A DNA stretch of 64,000 nt, from the NCBI GenBank assembly GCA_030295235.1, contig AP026153.1, forward strand, positions 310,001 through 374,000. The letters run 5' to 3'. Source of the DNA: Fistulifera solaris (Eukaryota). A program made the translations under genes and the position numbers. Under the pieces are notes generated by a model. That model saw nothing but the letters and a program-made list of their open reading frames with translations. It was not told the origin of the DNA and ran no database searches. Positions 37,585-50,073 of the stretch are shown here, in pieces (within the stretch, counting starts at the first letter, position 1; each line of letters begins with the position of its first letter).

Positions 37585-40500
37585 ATGAAAGTCATCAACA
37601 ATGCGCTGATTTTCACGGCGCTATTGACTTGGTTAACAGATGCACAAGTAAGTGTTTATGGACTGATGTCAATCGAGCAAGCGGAAGGAGCATATGAAAT
37701 TCTAACGATACAGCTGCTTATTTCTCTCAGTCTGTTGAGCGCGTTCTACAAAAAACCTCAACAAGTAGTTCAGGTGGCTCGGGTGGGTCAACGACAAGAA
37801 GAGCACTTGGGCAATCATGTCAAGTCACCTACAACACAGGTGCAGATAAGTACATGGGTGTGAAGGGCATGGAATGCGCTTCAGGACTTGTCTGCTCCGA
37901 CCTTAACGACAACGGACTAGATGGCGTCGTGTTTACGGGTGTGTGCAACCGCGAATCTTGCGATGGAACTGCCGACCCATCCCTTGACCAGGCCATTAGC
38001 TCTCGCCGTGTCACCATTTGCCACCGCACTTGCTCGCCGACCAACCCCTGGGTTCGTATTACTATCGACGATGATGCATGGGGTGGACCAGACGCTTCCG
38101 GATGTGGTCATCAACGCAATCACAACGTCACTCAAGACTGCAAAAGAGCCGATTACTCTCCTTGGGGCCCTAATCGTGTCGATTACTTGATCAAAGATCA
38201 CGGTACTCGCTCGGACGTTCGTGCCAGAAACCCTACTTGGAACACTGCTCAAGAGAAGGCATACTGGTTCTATTGGGAGCGTGCTTGCCCTTATGTTCGC
38301 GCCAAGAAACTCAGCAAGCCGTGCTGTGATTGGGCCAAAGGAGAGTGCTGCGGTCCACACCCCGACGATCTATGTCCTATGGATCCTAATAAGATGGCGC
38401 CTGGCCAGTGTGGATGCGGGGTTCCTGATACCGATACCGACCAGGATGGTGTCGCTGATTGCCTTGACAAGTGCCCTGGGCACAACGATAGCATTGACAC
38501 GGACAAAGACGGAATCCCTGATGGCTGCGACAAATGCGCCACAGGCGACGACAAGATCGACAAGGATGGAGATGGTGTTCCTGACGCTTGCGATCGTTGC
38601 CCCGACAACAAGTTCGTTTCCACGGAAGCCGGCCTCAAAGGATGCACGTGCACTGCAACGCAGACTCAGCTGCAAACTGGGTGCGTTCAGGAGGTGGTAC
38701 AATGTCCTCTTTGCGGCTGTGGAAAGCAAGACTTAGACACCGATCGTGATGGTATTTTGGACTGCTTTGATGTCTGTCCAAACGATCCCAAGAAATCTGC
38801 GAATGCTGGTACCTGCGGTTGCGGCAAGCCTGAAACGGACTCGGATGCCGACGGAACACCTGACTGCTTGGATGTATGTCCCAACGACAAGACTAAGACC
38901 ACATCTGCTGGACACTGTGGTTGCGGTGTCTCTGAGGTGGATTCTGATGGCGATGGTACACCTGATTGTAAAGACTCCTGCCCCCGGGATCGATTAAAAG
39001 TCTATGAAGGGAAATGTGGATGCGGTGTTTCCGATAAAGATTCGGATACGGATGGAACACCTGACTGCACGGATGCCTGTCCCTCCGACAACCTAAAAAT
39101 TGCGCCTGGTATTTGCGGATGCGGCATTTCAGACTGTGATTCTGACCTGGACGGAACTGTGGATTGCAAGGATGAGTGCCCTCAAGATCCGCTCAAAATC
39201 AAAGCCGGGGTGTGCGGCTGTGGAGTGAGGGATGTGGATACGGATGGCGATGGAACACCCGACTGTCAAGACGCATGCCAAGACGACCCTTTAAAGACCG
39301 AGCCCGGCCTCTGTGGTTGTGGCAAAGCGGATTCCGATAACGACGGAACATGCGATGCCAACGACCAGTGTCCCATGGATCCCAACAAGAATCAAATGGG
39401 ATTGTGCGGTTGTGGCGTGGGTGAGACCGATTCGGATCTCGATGGAACGCCTGATTGTGTGGATGGATGCTCTCTCGACAGCACCAAGGTCACTCCAGGA
39501 ATTTGTGGCTGCGGTATGCCTGACACGGACTCGGACAATGATGGTACACCGGATTGCAACGATGGCTGCTCGACCGACTCCACCAAGATTGCTCCTGGAG
39601 TTTGTGGATGCGGGCAATCCGATGTCGATACGGACAAGGATGGTGCACCGGATTGTGTTGATGAATGCCCTCAGGATGGTAGCAAGACCTTGGCTGGCAC
39701 ATGTGGCTGTGGAGTTTCTGAAAAGGATTTGGACGGTGACGGCACTAAAGATTGCCAGGATGGTTGCTCAGCTGATCCGGACAAAATCAGTCCAGGAAAA
39801 TGCGGTTGCGGTATTCCAGACGTTGATTCAGACGGTGATGGTACCCCCGATTGTTTGGACGCATGCAGCACTGATCCTACCAAGACAGCGGCTGGTGTTT
39901 GCGGCTGTGGAACTTCGGATGTTGATTCGGATGCTGATGGTGTCCCCGATTGCAACGATAAATGCCCGTACGATCAAGGAAAGACTTCCCCAGGACAGTG
40001 TGGATGTGGTAACGCTGACACCGATTCGGATTCAGATGGTACTGCTGACTGCAACGACAAGTGTCCCACAGACGCCAAGAAGACTGAACCCGGCGAGTGC
40101 GGATGCGGCGTGGTTGATGCGGACGCTGATAAAGACGGAACATGCGATCACAATGATTCCTGCCCTGCTGATCCGAAGAAGAATGCCTTGGGTCTCTGTG
40201 GATGTGGTATAGCTGATACGGATTCAGATGGCGACAAAGTCCCCGACTGTCTCGACGGTTGCCCATCTGACGCTACGAAGACAGCTCCTGGGGCCTGTGG
40301 ATGTGGAAAAGCGGACACAGATAGCGATGGCGACGGTGTTCCTGATTGCAATGATGGCTGCGCTGAAGATGCTGACAAAACGGAGCCGGGAACGTGCGGT
40401 TGCGGTTCGCCTGATGTGGATACGGACAAAGACGGTGTCCTTGATTGCGATGACGGCTGCTCGGTCGACCCCGAAAAGACTGAGCCAGGCTTGTGCGGAT

Positions 40501-42266
40501 GCGGCACGCCGGAGGCGGACTCTGACAACGATGGCGTCCCAGACTGCAATGACTTGTGCCCCAACGACAATTACAAGACCGAACCCGGCTCGTGCGGATG
40601 TGGCAAACAAGACACAGACGCAGACAACGACGGTACACCTGACTGTAACGATCTTTGCCCCTTAGACCCCACCATGACGACCGATGTTGACACAGACGGC
40701 GATGGAACGCTTGACTGCAACGACGGATGTTCTGAAGATCCGGAGAAGATTGCTCCTGGTGAATGTGGCTGTGGCTTCCCTGACGTTGATTCTGATGAAG
40801 ATGGTGTGATGGACTGCAAGGAAGTTCGCGAAGATATCACATTGACAAGCTCCAACCTGATCGGAACTACTCAACCGTACAAGGAGTGCTTTAAGATGTA
40901 CAACGCCGGAAACAGCGATCCCAAATTCTCGGGGTACGTTGAGGCTGCCAAAGCATATTGTCTAACCGACTGTGCTATCGGAGCGATGTGCATCACAGTT
41001 CAAGCGGCTCCCGGAATCCAGCTCGCTGACAAGGAAGCGTGGTTCAAGGACTACACCGTCGGCACCTCCAGTTTGCAGCCGCTTGCCCCGGGAATCAAGT
41101 TGACCTTCGACAAGAGCGGCAAGCAGGTTATCGCCTGGGAAGGTTGCTTCGAAATCCCAGAAGGGGCGACTGGAGAAAATGTTGAGATTCACGCAAACTG
41201 GGGCTACTCAGGAAGCAAGAAGGTTGGAAACACCGCCTCGACAGGCAAACCCAACGGTGTGGTTATGGCGTACGATCAATGTCTCCTAACAGAAGCCAAT
41301 GTGGTGACTACAGCGGCTCCAGTAGTAACGCCCGTTGCTGTTCCTGTTAGCACTCCGGTAGCAGCACCAACTGGAAGCCCTGTTGCCACACCTGTTGACA
41401 CTCCAGTTGAGGCGCCTGTTGAACTAGAGTCGTCTCCCGTTTCCTCACCCACCGGCGCCAATGTTGACAATGACCCCACCGTTGGCCTTCCCACCGCCAA
41501 TCAAGAAGGCGATGGCGAGTCCGGAGGTGGCTACGGTGATCCCCACTTGAAGACCTGGATGGGAGAGGTTTACGACTTCCACGGAGCTTGCGACCTTGTT
41601 CTTGTATCGAGTCAAACGTTCCACAACGGAGCGGGTCTTGACCTACACATTCGTACCAAGATCCGTGACGACTGGTCTTTCATTTCCGATGCTGCTCTTC
41701 GCATTGGTGACGATGTATTGGAGGTTGGAACTCGTGCCTATTACTACTTGAATGACGTTGCCGGTGCCGAAATGCCCGCCACCGTCGGAGGATTCCCTGT
41801 CTCGTTGACTCACTTCGGCACTCGCCGTCACAAATTCGAGATCGACCTCGGTCACATGGGTGTCATTGTCATTAAAGTCTTCAATGAGTTCTTGGCTGTT
41901 GAAGTCAACAACGCCCACAGCGACGGATTTGGTGACAGTGTCGGTCTCATGGGTGCTTTCACGGACGGCAGCCTTGTTGGTCGCAATGGCAAGGTCCACG
42001 AGGATCACAACGAGTTCGGTTTGAGCTGGCAGGTTCACGATACGGATGATAACTTGTTCCAGAAGGCTGAGGGACCGCAGTATCCTCAACTCTGTCAAAT
42101 GCCTGCTCCCAAGTCAATGAAGAGTCGCCGCATGTCGGAATCGCTTGTCAGTTTCGATGTTGCGGAGAAAGCCTGCGCTGACTGGTCGGAGGAGACTCGC
42201 GAATCTTGCATTTACGATGTCATGTCGACCGGTGATTTGGACATGGCGGAAGCTGGTGCATTCTAA
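37585..42266 (+). CDS. Secreted Cys/Asp-repeat + GDPH-VWD protein, paralogue 3 (intact, 1532 aa)
   Basis: Signal exon 37585-37647 and intron 37648-37730 splice in frame (SVERVLQK...RRALGQSC) into the 1470-aa ORF. Contains GGYGDPH. Confidence 0.93.
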
Positions 42267-43360
42267 ATCATGATCTTGAAATTGCTTTGCGGTGGCAAAA
42301 GTGAAGGAAAGAAACATGCAGATGGTGAACTCCTGAGCACACATTCAATTCATAGTATTCAGTTTCATAACAATAAGAAGAATGTTTTCACTTCGTAGCT
42401 GGCGAACGGCTTCGACTTTGCTGGGAATGTTGGCCCCCATCCGTAATTACTCTTGGTGGTCGAGTTGTAAGTGATTAAGGCTTAAGGTTACCCATTGCAG
42501 GAGATCTCAGCCTCTCCGCTCGCCCCAAGGAGGCTCTCCGCCCCCTTGCCCTTTCCGTCTCCTCTCCGCTCCGCTTCTCGTGTGCCGGTCATTATTCCTT
42601 ACAGTTTAATGCACAGCCCCGATGATTTTCCGAGTGACTGAGACACAAGGCCCAATGACATAGAACTCCTTTGCCAAGGAAGAAGGAAGTAAGTCGTCGG
42701 GAAACGGGAAATGCGAATGCTACAGAGTACTTGTACACGGAGCACGGAGTAAAAACAATTACAGTAATGGCATTGCGGAAACTCCGGACTCCGGAGAAGC
42801 TAGGGTTGTATTGGGCGTCCTGACTTTATGGGCCATAATGATGGCTAACGGAAAACCGGGACGGTAATGTTCAGCCGAATATTCAGTACTAATAGTTTAG
42901 TCAAATTTTGAGGCCCAAAATGTCAAAGCTCAAGCTGTTGAGGGTCACGTTTCAACTTCTACCTCCGCACGATGACATGTTCCACGGTCGTCTCTACATG
43001 AATACGAAATCTTACTTACTCTACACAGTTCGGCAGGCAGTGAGGAGTACTTGCATGCTTAGCGTCTCTAAATAAATTACCAGTGAAACAGTCAGTGATT
43101 GCTCAGCATTCAGATACAGTACTTTTGAGTTGACAAAGGGGAGATCATCCGGTGAACGAGCAAGATCGGAAACAGTACCGGAATGTGTTTGAATTATGGT
43201 TGCGTACAAACTCTGTGGCGCGAATCAAGACCTAAGATCCGGCCCTGCGCGTCATCATGTCCCAAGAGTTTCTTGATCGATCGAGCCAAGAAATCTCTCA
43301 CAACTTTGAAAATCATCCAAACGTTGTCCTCGTCTTTTTGAAAAGTAAGCCAAAATAAGC

Positions 43361-46300
43361 ATGAAATTCATCAACAGTGCGCTCATTGCGGCAGCTCTCT
43401 TTCTGTCCGTCGCAGATGCTCAGGTAAGTTAAGGGTCCGTGCTTGATTGTGTTCATTGCCTTGGTAATCACTGAAATCATTCTTTCATCGCTTTCAAGGT
43501 GACGGCACGATTTCTCCAAAAAACAAAAACGACCAGCTACGGCGGTTGCAGCCCTGCGAGATCTCTTGGACAATCCTGTCAAGTTACCTACAATGCAAAC
43601 GCCGACAAGTACATGGGTGTGAAGGGCATGGAATGTGCTTCTGGCCTCGTTTGCTCTGAACTCAACGACAATGGTGTAGACGGAGTGGCGTTTACTGGTG
43701 TTTGCAACAAAGAAGATGACTACGGACTGGCAGACCCTGATGGCAGCAGCAAATGCGGCTCTCGTCGTGTCACCATCTGTCATCGCACGTGCTCGCCCAC
43801 GAACCCTTGGGTGCGTATCACGATTGATTCTAGCGCGTGGTATGGTCCAACCGGAACAGGTGGAGGCCACCAACGTGAACACGATGTCTTGAAAGACTGC
43901 AAGAGAGACGATTACTCTCCCTGGGGTCCCAACACGAAAGATTATTTGATCAGAGACCACGGAACTCGCTACGATGTCAAGGCCAGAAACCCTACATGGA
44001 ACAGTGCTCAAGAAAAAGCTTACTGGTCCTACTGGGAACGTGCTTGCCCCTACGTCCGCTCCGCGAAGTTGAATGGCAAGATGTGCTGTGACTGGGCCAA
44101 GGGCGAATGCTGCGGTGTCCACCCCAACGACAAGTGCCCTCTCGACCCCAACAAGATGGAGCCAGGCCAGTGCGGTTGCGGAAAACCCGATATTGATACG
44201 GACAAGGACGGCGTTGCTGACTGCCTCGACAAGTGCCCTGGACACAATGACAAAATGGACGCTGATAAAGATGGAATACCTGACGGCTGCGACAAGTGCG
44301 CCACAGGCGACGACAAGATCGACACTGACAAAGACGGCGTCCCTGATGCTTGCGATCGGTGCCCTAATAACAAGTTCGTTTCCACGGAAGCCGGCCTTAA
44401 GGGATGCACCTGCGCTGCAACTGAAACGCAGCTCCAGACTGGATGCATTGAGACGAAAACCATCCAGTGTCCTCGCTGCGGCTGCGGTAAGGTTGATGTC
44501 GACACCGATGGTGACGGTACCTTGGACTGCTTCGACGTCTGTCCCAACGATCCTAAGAAGACAACTTGTGCTGGAAGATGCGGTTGTGGCAAGCCTGAAA
44601 CAGACTCGGACGGCGACGGAACACCTGACTGCTTGGATGCATGCCCCAACGACAAGACCAAGACCACATCCGCAGGCCACTGTGGTTGCGGAGTTTCAGA
44701 GGTGGACTCCGATGGCGATGGTACACCTGATTGCAAGGACGGATGCCCTCGCGATAAAACTAAACTTACTCCCGGAGTGTGCGGATGTGGAGTCTCGGAC
44801 AAAGATTCGGATACGGATGGCACCGCTGACTGCAAGGACGGCTGTCCCTCTGATAACCTGAAGATTGAGCCCGGTATTTGCGGATGTGGTGCTTCTGATA
44901 GAGATTCTGACTTGGACGGAACTGTGGACTGCAAGGACGAGTGCCCTCGAGATCCTCTGAAGATCAAAGCCGGGGTGTGCGGCTGTGGAGTCAGTGACGT
45001 TGATACCGACGGCGATGGAACTCCTGACTGCAAAGATGCCTGCCAGTACGATCCTACGAAGACTCAACCAGGCCTCTGTGGATGCGGAAAAACTGATACG
45101 GATAATGATGGAACATGCGATGCAAATGACCAGTGCCCGACTGATCCCAACAAGAATAAGATGGGAGTGTGTGGTTGTGGCGTGGGTGAGACCGATTCGG
45201 ATCTCGATGGAACACCCGACTGCGTGGATGGATGCACCATCGATAGCACCAAGATCACTCCAGGAGTTTGTGGCTGCGGTGTGCCTGAGACGGACTCGGA
45301 CAATGATGGTACCCCGGATTGTGACGACGACTGCCCAAGTGATGCCACGAAGATCGCCCCTGGCGTTTGCGGCTGTGGCGTACCTGATGTTGATACGGAC
45401 AAAGATGGAACACCTGACTGTGCCGATGAATGTCCTCAAGATGGGAAGAAGCTCGTTCCCGGAATTTGTGGCTGCGGAGTTTCTGAAATTGATTCCGATG
45501 GTGATGGCGTGCCTGATTGCCAGGATACTTGTCCCAATGACCCGGACAAGATCTGTCCTGAACTTTGTGGCTGCGGTATTCCGGACGTTGATACAGACGG
45601 CGATGGTACCCCCGATTGTTTGGACGCATGCAGCGCCGATCCTACCAAGACAGCGGCTGGTGTATGCGGCTGTGGAACTGCGGACGTTGATTCGGATGCT
45701 GATGGTATCCCCGATTGCAACGATCAGTGCCCCTACGATCAAGGAAAGACTACCCCAGGACAGTGTGGATGTGGTAGCGCGGAAACGGATTCTGACAATG
45801 ATGGAGTTGCCGACTGCAAAGACAACTGCCCCAAGGACCCTAAGAAGACCGAACCCGGACAGTGCGGATGCGGCGTTGTTGATGCCGATGCCGACGCTGA
45901 TAATACCTGCGACCACAACGACTCCTGTCCCTCAGACCCCAAGAAGACTGCCCCGGGTCTCTGTGGATGTGGTGTAGCTGATACGGATTCAGATGGCGAT
46001 AAAGTCCCAGACTGCAATGACGAGTGCCCTTCGGACCCTGCGAAGACAGCCGCTGGAGCCTGTGGATGTGGAAACCCAGATACGGATACGGATAAAGACG
46101 GTGTCCCTGATTGCAATGATGGATGCTCTGAAGATGCCGACAAGACAGAGCCAGGATTGTGCGGATGCGGTTCCCCGGACGTTGATACCGATGGCGACGG
46201 TGTCTTTGACTGCGATGATGGCTGCTCGCAAGATGCCAACAAAACTGAAGCCGGACTTTGTGGCTGTGGCGTTCCGGAGACGGACTCTGACAACGACGGT

Positions 46301-48010
46301 GTTCCGGATTGCAAAGACCTGTGCCCCAATGACATTTTCAAGACCGAGCCCGGATCGTGTGGATGTGGAAAAGAAGACACGGATACCGACAACGATGGCA
46401 CGCCCGACTGCAACGATCTTTGCCCCACGGACCCCACCATGACGACCGACATTGATACCGATCTAGATGGTGTCTACGACTGCGAAGACGAGTGCTTTGA
46501 AGACCCTCTAAAGACTGAACCTGGTGTTTGTGGATGCGGAGTTCCTGACACCGACTCCGACGCCGATGGTGTAGTGGATTGCAAAGAAGTTCGCGAAGTC
46601 CTCAATTTCACAAGCTCCAACCTCATCTCCACGACTGAAACGTACAAGGAATGCTACAAGATGTACAACGCCGGAAGAAACGACACCAAGTTCTCTGGAT
46701 TCCTCCAAGCCGCCACCGCTTACTGCCTTGCTGATTGCAAGGCCGGTGCCCTGTGTCTCAAGGTCCAGGCCGCTCCTGGTATCCAGCTTGGCAACACCGA
46801 GGCCTGGTTCAAGGATTACACTGACTGCAACAGCGCTGTCCAGCCTCTTCCTCCTGGTATTACGCTCACGCACGACAAGAGCGGCAAGGTGATTGCATGG
46901 GAAGGATGCTTCAAGATTCCTGAAGGAGCTACAGGTGAAGAAATCGAGATTCATGCCAACTGGGGCTTCTCGGGCAGCACGGTCATTGGAAACACCGCTT
47001 CCACTGGCAAGAAACCCGGCGTCAAGATGGACTACCCCGAATGTCTCATTCCTGGAGGCAACCTTGTGGGCACTCCTGAATCCACACCTGTTACTACTCC
47101 TACCTCTGCTCCTATTGACACTCGTGTCACTCCGCCTATCGATACTCCCGTTGAGTCACCTGTCGAACTCGAAACGACCCCTGTTGCTGCGCCGTCCGGT
47201 GCTGAAGTTGACAATGACCCCACCGTTGGCCTTCCCACTGCCAATCAAGAAGGCGATGGCGAATCTGGAGGTGGCTTCGGTGATCCTCACTTGAAGACTT
47301 GGATGGGAGAGGTTTACGACTTCCACGGAGCTTGCGACCTTGTTCTTGTCAAGACCGCCACTTTCAACAACGGAGCCGGCCTTGACCTCCACATCCGTAC
47401 CAAGATCCGTGACGACTGGTCTTTCATTTCTGATGCCGCTGTTCGCATTGGTGACGATGTTTTGGAAGTCGGAACTCGCGCTTATTACTACTTGAATGGA
47501 GTTGCCGGTGCCGAAATGCCCGCCACGGTTGGTGGATTCCCAGTCTCTCTCACTCACTTTGGAACCAAACGTCACAAGTTCGAGATCGACCTCGGTCACA
47601 TGGGTGTCATCTCCATCAAGGTGTTCAACGAGTTTCTCGCTGTCGAAGTCAACAACGCTCACAGCGACGGATTCGGTGACAGTGTTGGTCTCATGGGTGC
47701 TTTCACGGACGGTAGCCTTGTTGGACGCAACGGCTTGGTTCATGTCGATCACAACGAGTTTGGTTTGAGCTGGCAGGTGCATGATGCTGATGGTCTTTTG
47801 TTCCAGAAGGCCGAAGGACCTCAGTATCCTCAACTCTGCCAGATGCCTGCCCCCATGGCATTGAAGAGTCGTCGCATGTCGGAATCCCTTGTCAGCTTTG
47901 AAGATGCCGCTGTTGCTTGCGCTGACTGGACCGAGGAAACTCGCGAATCTTGCATTTACGATGTCATGTCGACTGGTGATTTGGACATGGCTCAAGCTGG
48001 TGCCTTCTAA
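43361..48010 (+). CDS. Secreted Cys/Asp-repeat + GDPH-VWD protein, paralogue 4 (intact, 1524 aa)
   Basis: Signal exon 43361-43423 (MKFINSALIAAALFLSVADAQ) and intron 43424-43498, then VTARFLQ... as a 1503-codon open frame. Contains GGFGDPH. Confidence 0.93.
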
Positions 48011-48476
48011 GCGCGAGCTCAAAGGTTTGGGCTTTTTTAGTTCTACGATGTAAGGGATATAATTACATCTTTTTGCCCAAATTTCCGTCTATTTATATCT
48101 CTTTTCATGCGTTCTTGTAGTTATGAAGTTCACCATTCATCGCGAAAAGAGAATAACAAGACGATGGTTAGACTAGAATGAGATGCATTATTTGTGCAGT
48201 GCCTTTTCGCGAGGCGTCATGGTCATTGTTTTTTTGTGTGATGAGGCCGCGGTTCTTTCGATAGATCGATCTTTTGCAGTAAACCTTAAGGCTTAAGGCT
48301 TAAGGTTTATCCTAGTCTGACCGTCGCTGGTCTGTGGCTCACAGTACAATAATAGTACTGTACTCGTATAAACTGAACTTGCATCCGTCGATCGCGCGTT
48401 TTCATTCATTCTTCGCAGTAAAGAGATGTTGCTGCTCTTGTGAAAGAGAATTCAACAATAATTTTGTGTCTACACC

Positions 48477-49481
48477 ATGTCCACAGGGAATCAGAATGAC
48501 GAACAGCAACAGGAAGGAGCGCTTATTGATGCCACCGAACTACAGCGTCTGTTAGAACGCTCGTTACCCGTCGATGAAATCCTGCATTGCTTCGCGTACG
48601 GGTCGGGTGTCTTTGCACAACAAAGTAACATGGCTACTCCGAATGTTGTGGATTTGATTGTCGTCGTACGTGATACCTACCAGTTTCATCGTAGCAATTT
48701 GCAACAGAATCCGGTTCATTATGCCGGATCCCCCTTGTTGTGGTGTCGTGATCCGGCTCGGTGCATCACTTCCTTTCAACGGCACGACCTGGAGTTCTAT
48801 AAATGGCTTCGAAATCCGAAATTTTATTTTAATTTGTGCGAGAATAATTTGAAGTACGGCGTCGTCCAGAAAGAGGACTTTTTGGAAGATTTGCAGCAAT
48901 GGAAGTATCTTTACGGAGCCGGGCGTTGTCATAAGCCGGTACTGACCTTTGTGGAGCACGATGGCGAGATCGCGGAGGCGCAAGAAACAATGAATTTACC
49001 GGGAGCATTAGCAGCAGCTTTATTATTGTCAGAATCGGATACACTGTCGTGTGTGGAGCTATTTACACGAATCGCTGGACTATCGTACGCCGGAGATCCT
49101 CGGATGCAAGTAGGGGCGGAGGATCCAAACAAAGTCGAAAGCTTAGTCAGAAGCCCAGGACAGCTTCGGCGGTTCTCACAACTGTATCAAAGAAGCATAG
49201 AAGAACTCGAAAAACAAGGGATTGTCAATCGTTTGCGTTATACGGATGAAGTAAATCATCAACGGATCGAGTGGGATATTCGGAACCCCCGCGCTCGGGA
49301 AATCTTGTGGAAGAATATCCCGTTCTCGGTGACACAAAATAGCAATTTGCAGGAACGGCTAAGATCGACCGTCGCTGCCGCAGCAAGGTATCAATCCATG
49401 AAAGGCTTGATAACAGCAGGCTTCGGCAAAAGTTTAGCGTATGCTACCCGTAAGTTGTCGAAAGGCTTGTTGAGACGCTAA
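48477..49481 (+). CDS. TAM41: Mitochondrial phosphatidate cytidylyltransferase (Tam41/Mmp37 family)
   Basis: Motifs FAYGSGVF, VDLIVVV, LKYGVV...DLQQWKYLYGAGRCHKPV, IAGLSYAGDPRM..AEDPNKV and QSMKGLITAG. Confidence 0.92.
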   Translation: MSTGNQNDEQQQEGALIDATELQRLLERSLPVDEILHCFAYGSGVFAQQSNMATPNVVDLIVVVRDTYQFHRSNLQQNPVHYAGSPLLWCRDPARCITSFQRHDLEFYKWLRNPKFYFNLCENNLKYGVVQKEDFLEDLQQWKYLYGAGRCHKPVLTFVEHDGEIAEAQETMNLPGALAAALLLSESDTLSCVELFTRIAGLSYAGDPRMQVGAEDPNKVESLVRSPGQLRRFSQLYQRSIEELEKQGIVNRLRYTDEVNHQRIEWDIRNPRAREILWKNIPFSVTQNSNLQERLRSTVAAAARYQSMKGLITAGFGKSLAYATRKLSKGLLRR

Positions 49482-49537
49482 CAAAATTTAGAAAATGCTA
49501 CATAGAGATATCATGAATAGACTTTTTAGCTTTGTTA

Positions 49538-49694
49538 CCACCCCAGATTTTCTGTATGATGTATGAATGAAATGAATTTCTGGACCTCAAAAGATTTTCG
49601 TTTCGAATGAAATATACACCTGGTCCAGAATTTTTGGACCACCCCAGATTTTCTGTATGAATGAATTAAAGCTGGTCCAGAATTTCTGGACCAC
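49538..49694. repeat. Intergenic tandem repeat containing two 21-bp palindromes TGGTCCAGAA-T-TT(C/T)TGGACCA
   Basis: Palindromes at 49621-49641 and 49673-49693. CCACCCCAGATTTTCTGTATGA is repeated at 49538 and 49639. Confidence 0.8.
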
Positions 49695-49980
49695 AAAAGA
49701 CATCCAGACCTCTTGTGCTTCCCGGGATAAAGATCCGTTTGAATATGAATACCTCATTTGTAATCAACCAAAATATGTGCACTTCAAAGCTATTAGAGCC
49801 ACAACAAGTAGCGGGAAGAGTCGTCGTTTCACGCGCCGGAATTAAAACATGAATCATCATCATCGAAGGAGGACTTATGAGACTAAGAGTGCGATTAACG
49901 CTCGTATCTAATGGTTAAAGATTTTTGGGCTAATGTTGCTTTAGTTAATACATTTGCAATGTATTTTTACAGTATTACCG

Positions 49981-50005
49981 TTCCGTTCCGTTCCGTTCCG
50001 TTCCG
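49981..50005. repeat. (TTCCG)5 microsatellite
   Basis: Read directly from the sequence. Confidence 0.9.
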
Positions 50006-50073
50006 AATTAGGAGTATGAATGAACCAGACCGACGGCAACTTCACCAGCGTCGATGTGATCGTCATCTTATTA

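Noticed and set aside
24086..46600. ~96-bp periodic repeats as a possible CRISPR array or satellite
   Set aside because: They are in-frame protein repeats with synonymous variation, in a eukaryotic intron-containing gene, with no spacers or cas genes.
24064..47244. Many long antisense and alternate-frame ORFs (SGVPSPSESVS..., MMARPTATT...) over the array genes
   Set aside because: Shadows of the repetitive Cys/Asp/Gly coding strand, with no independent features.
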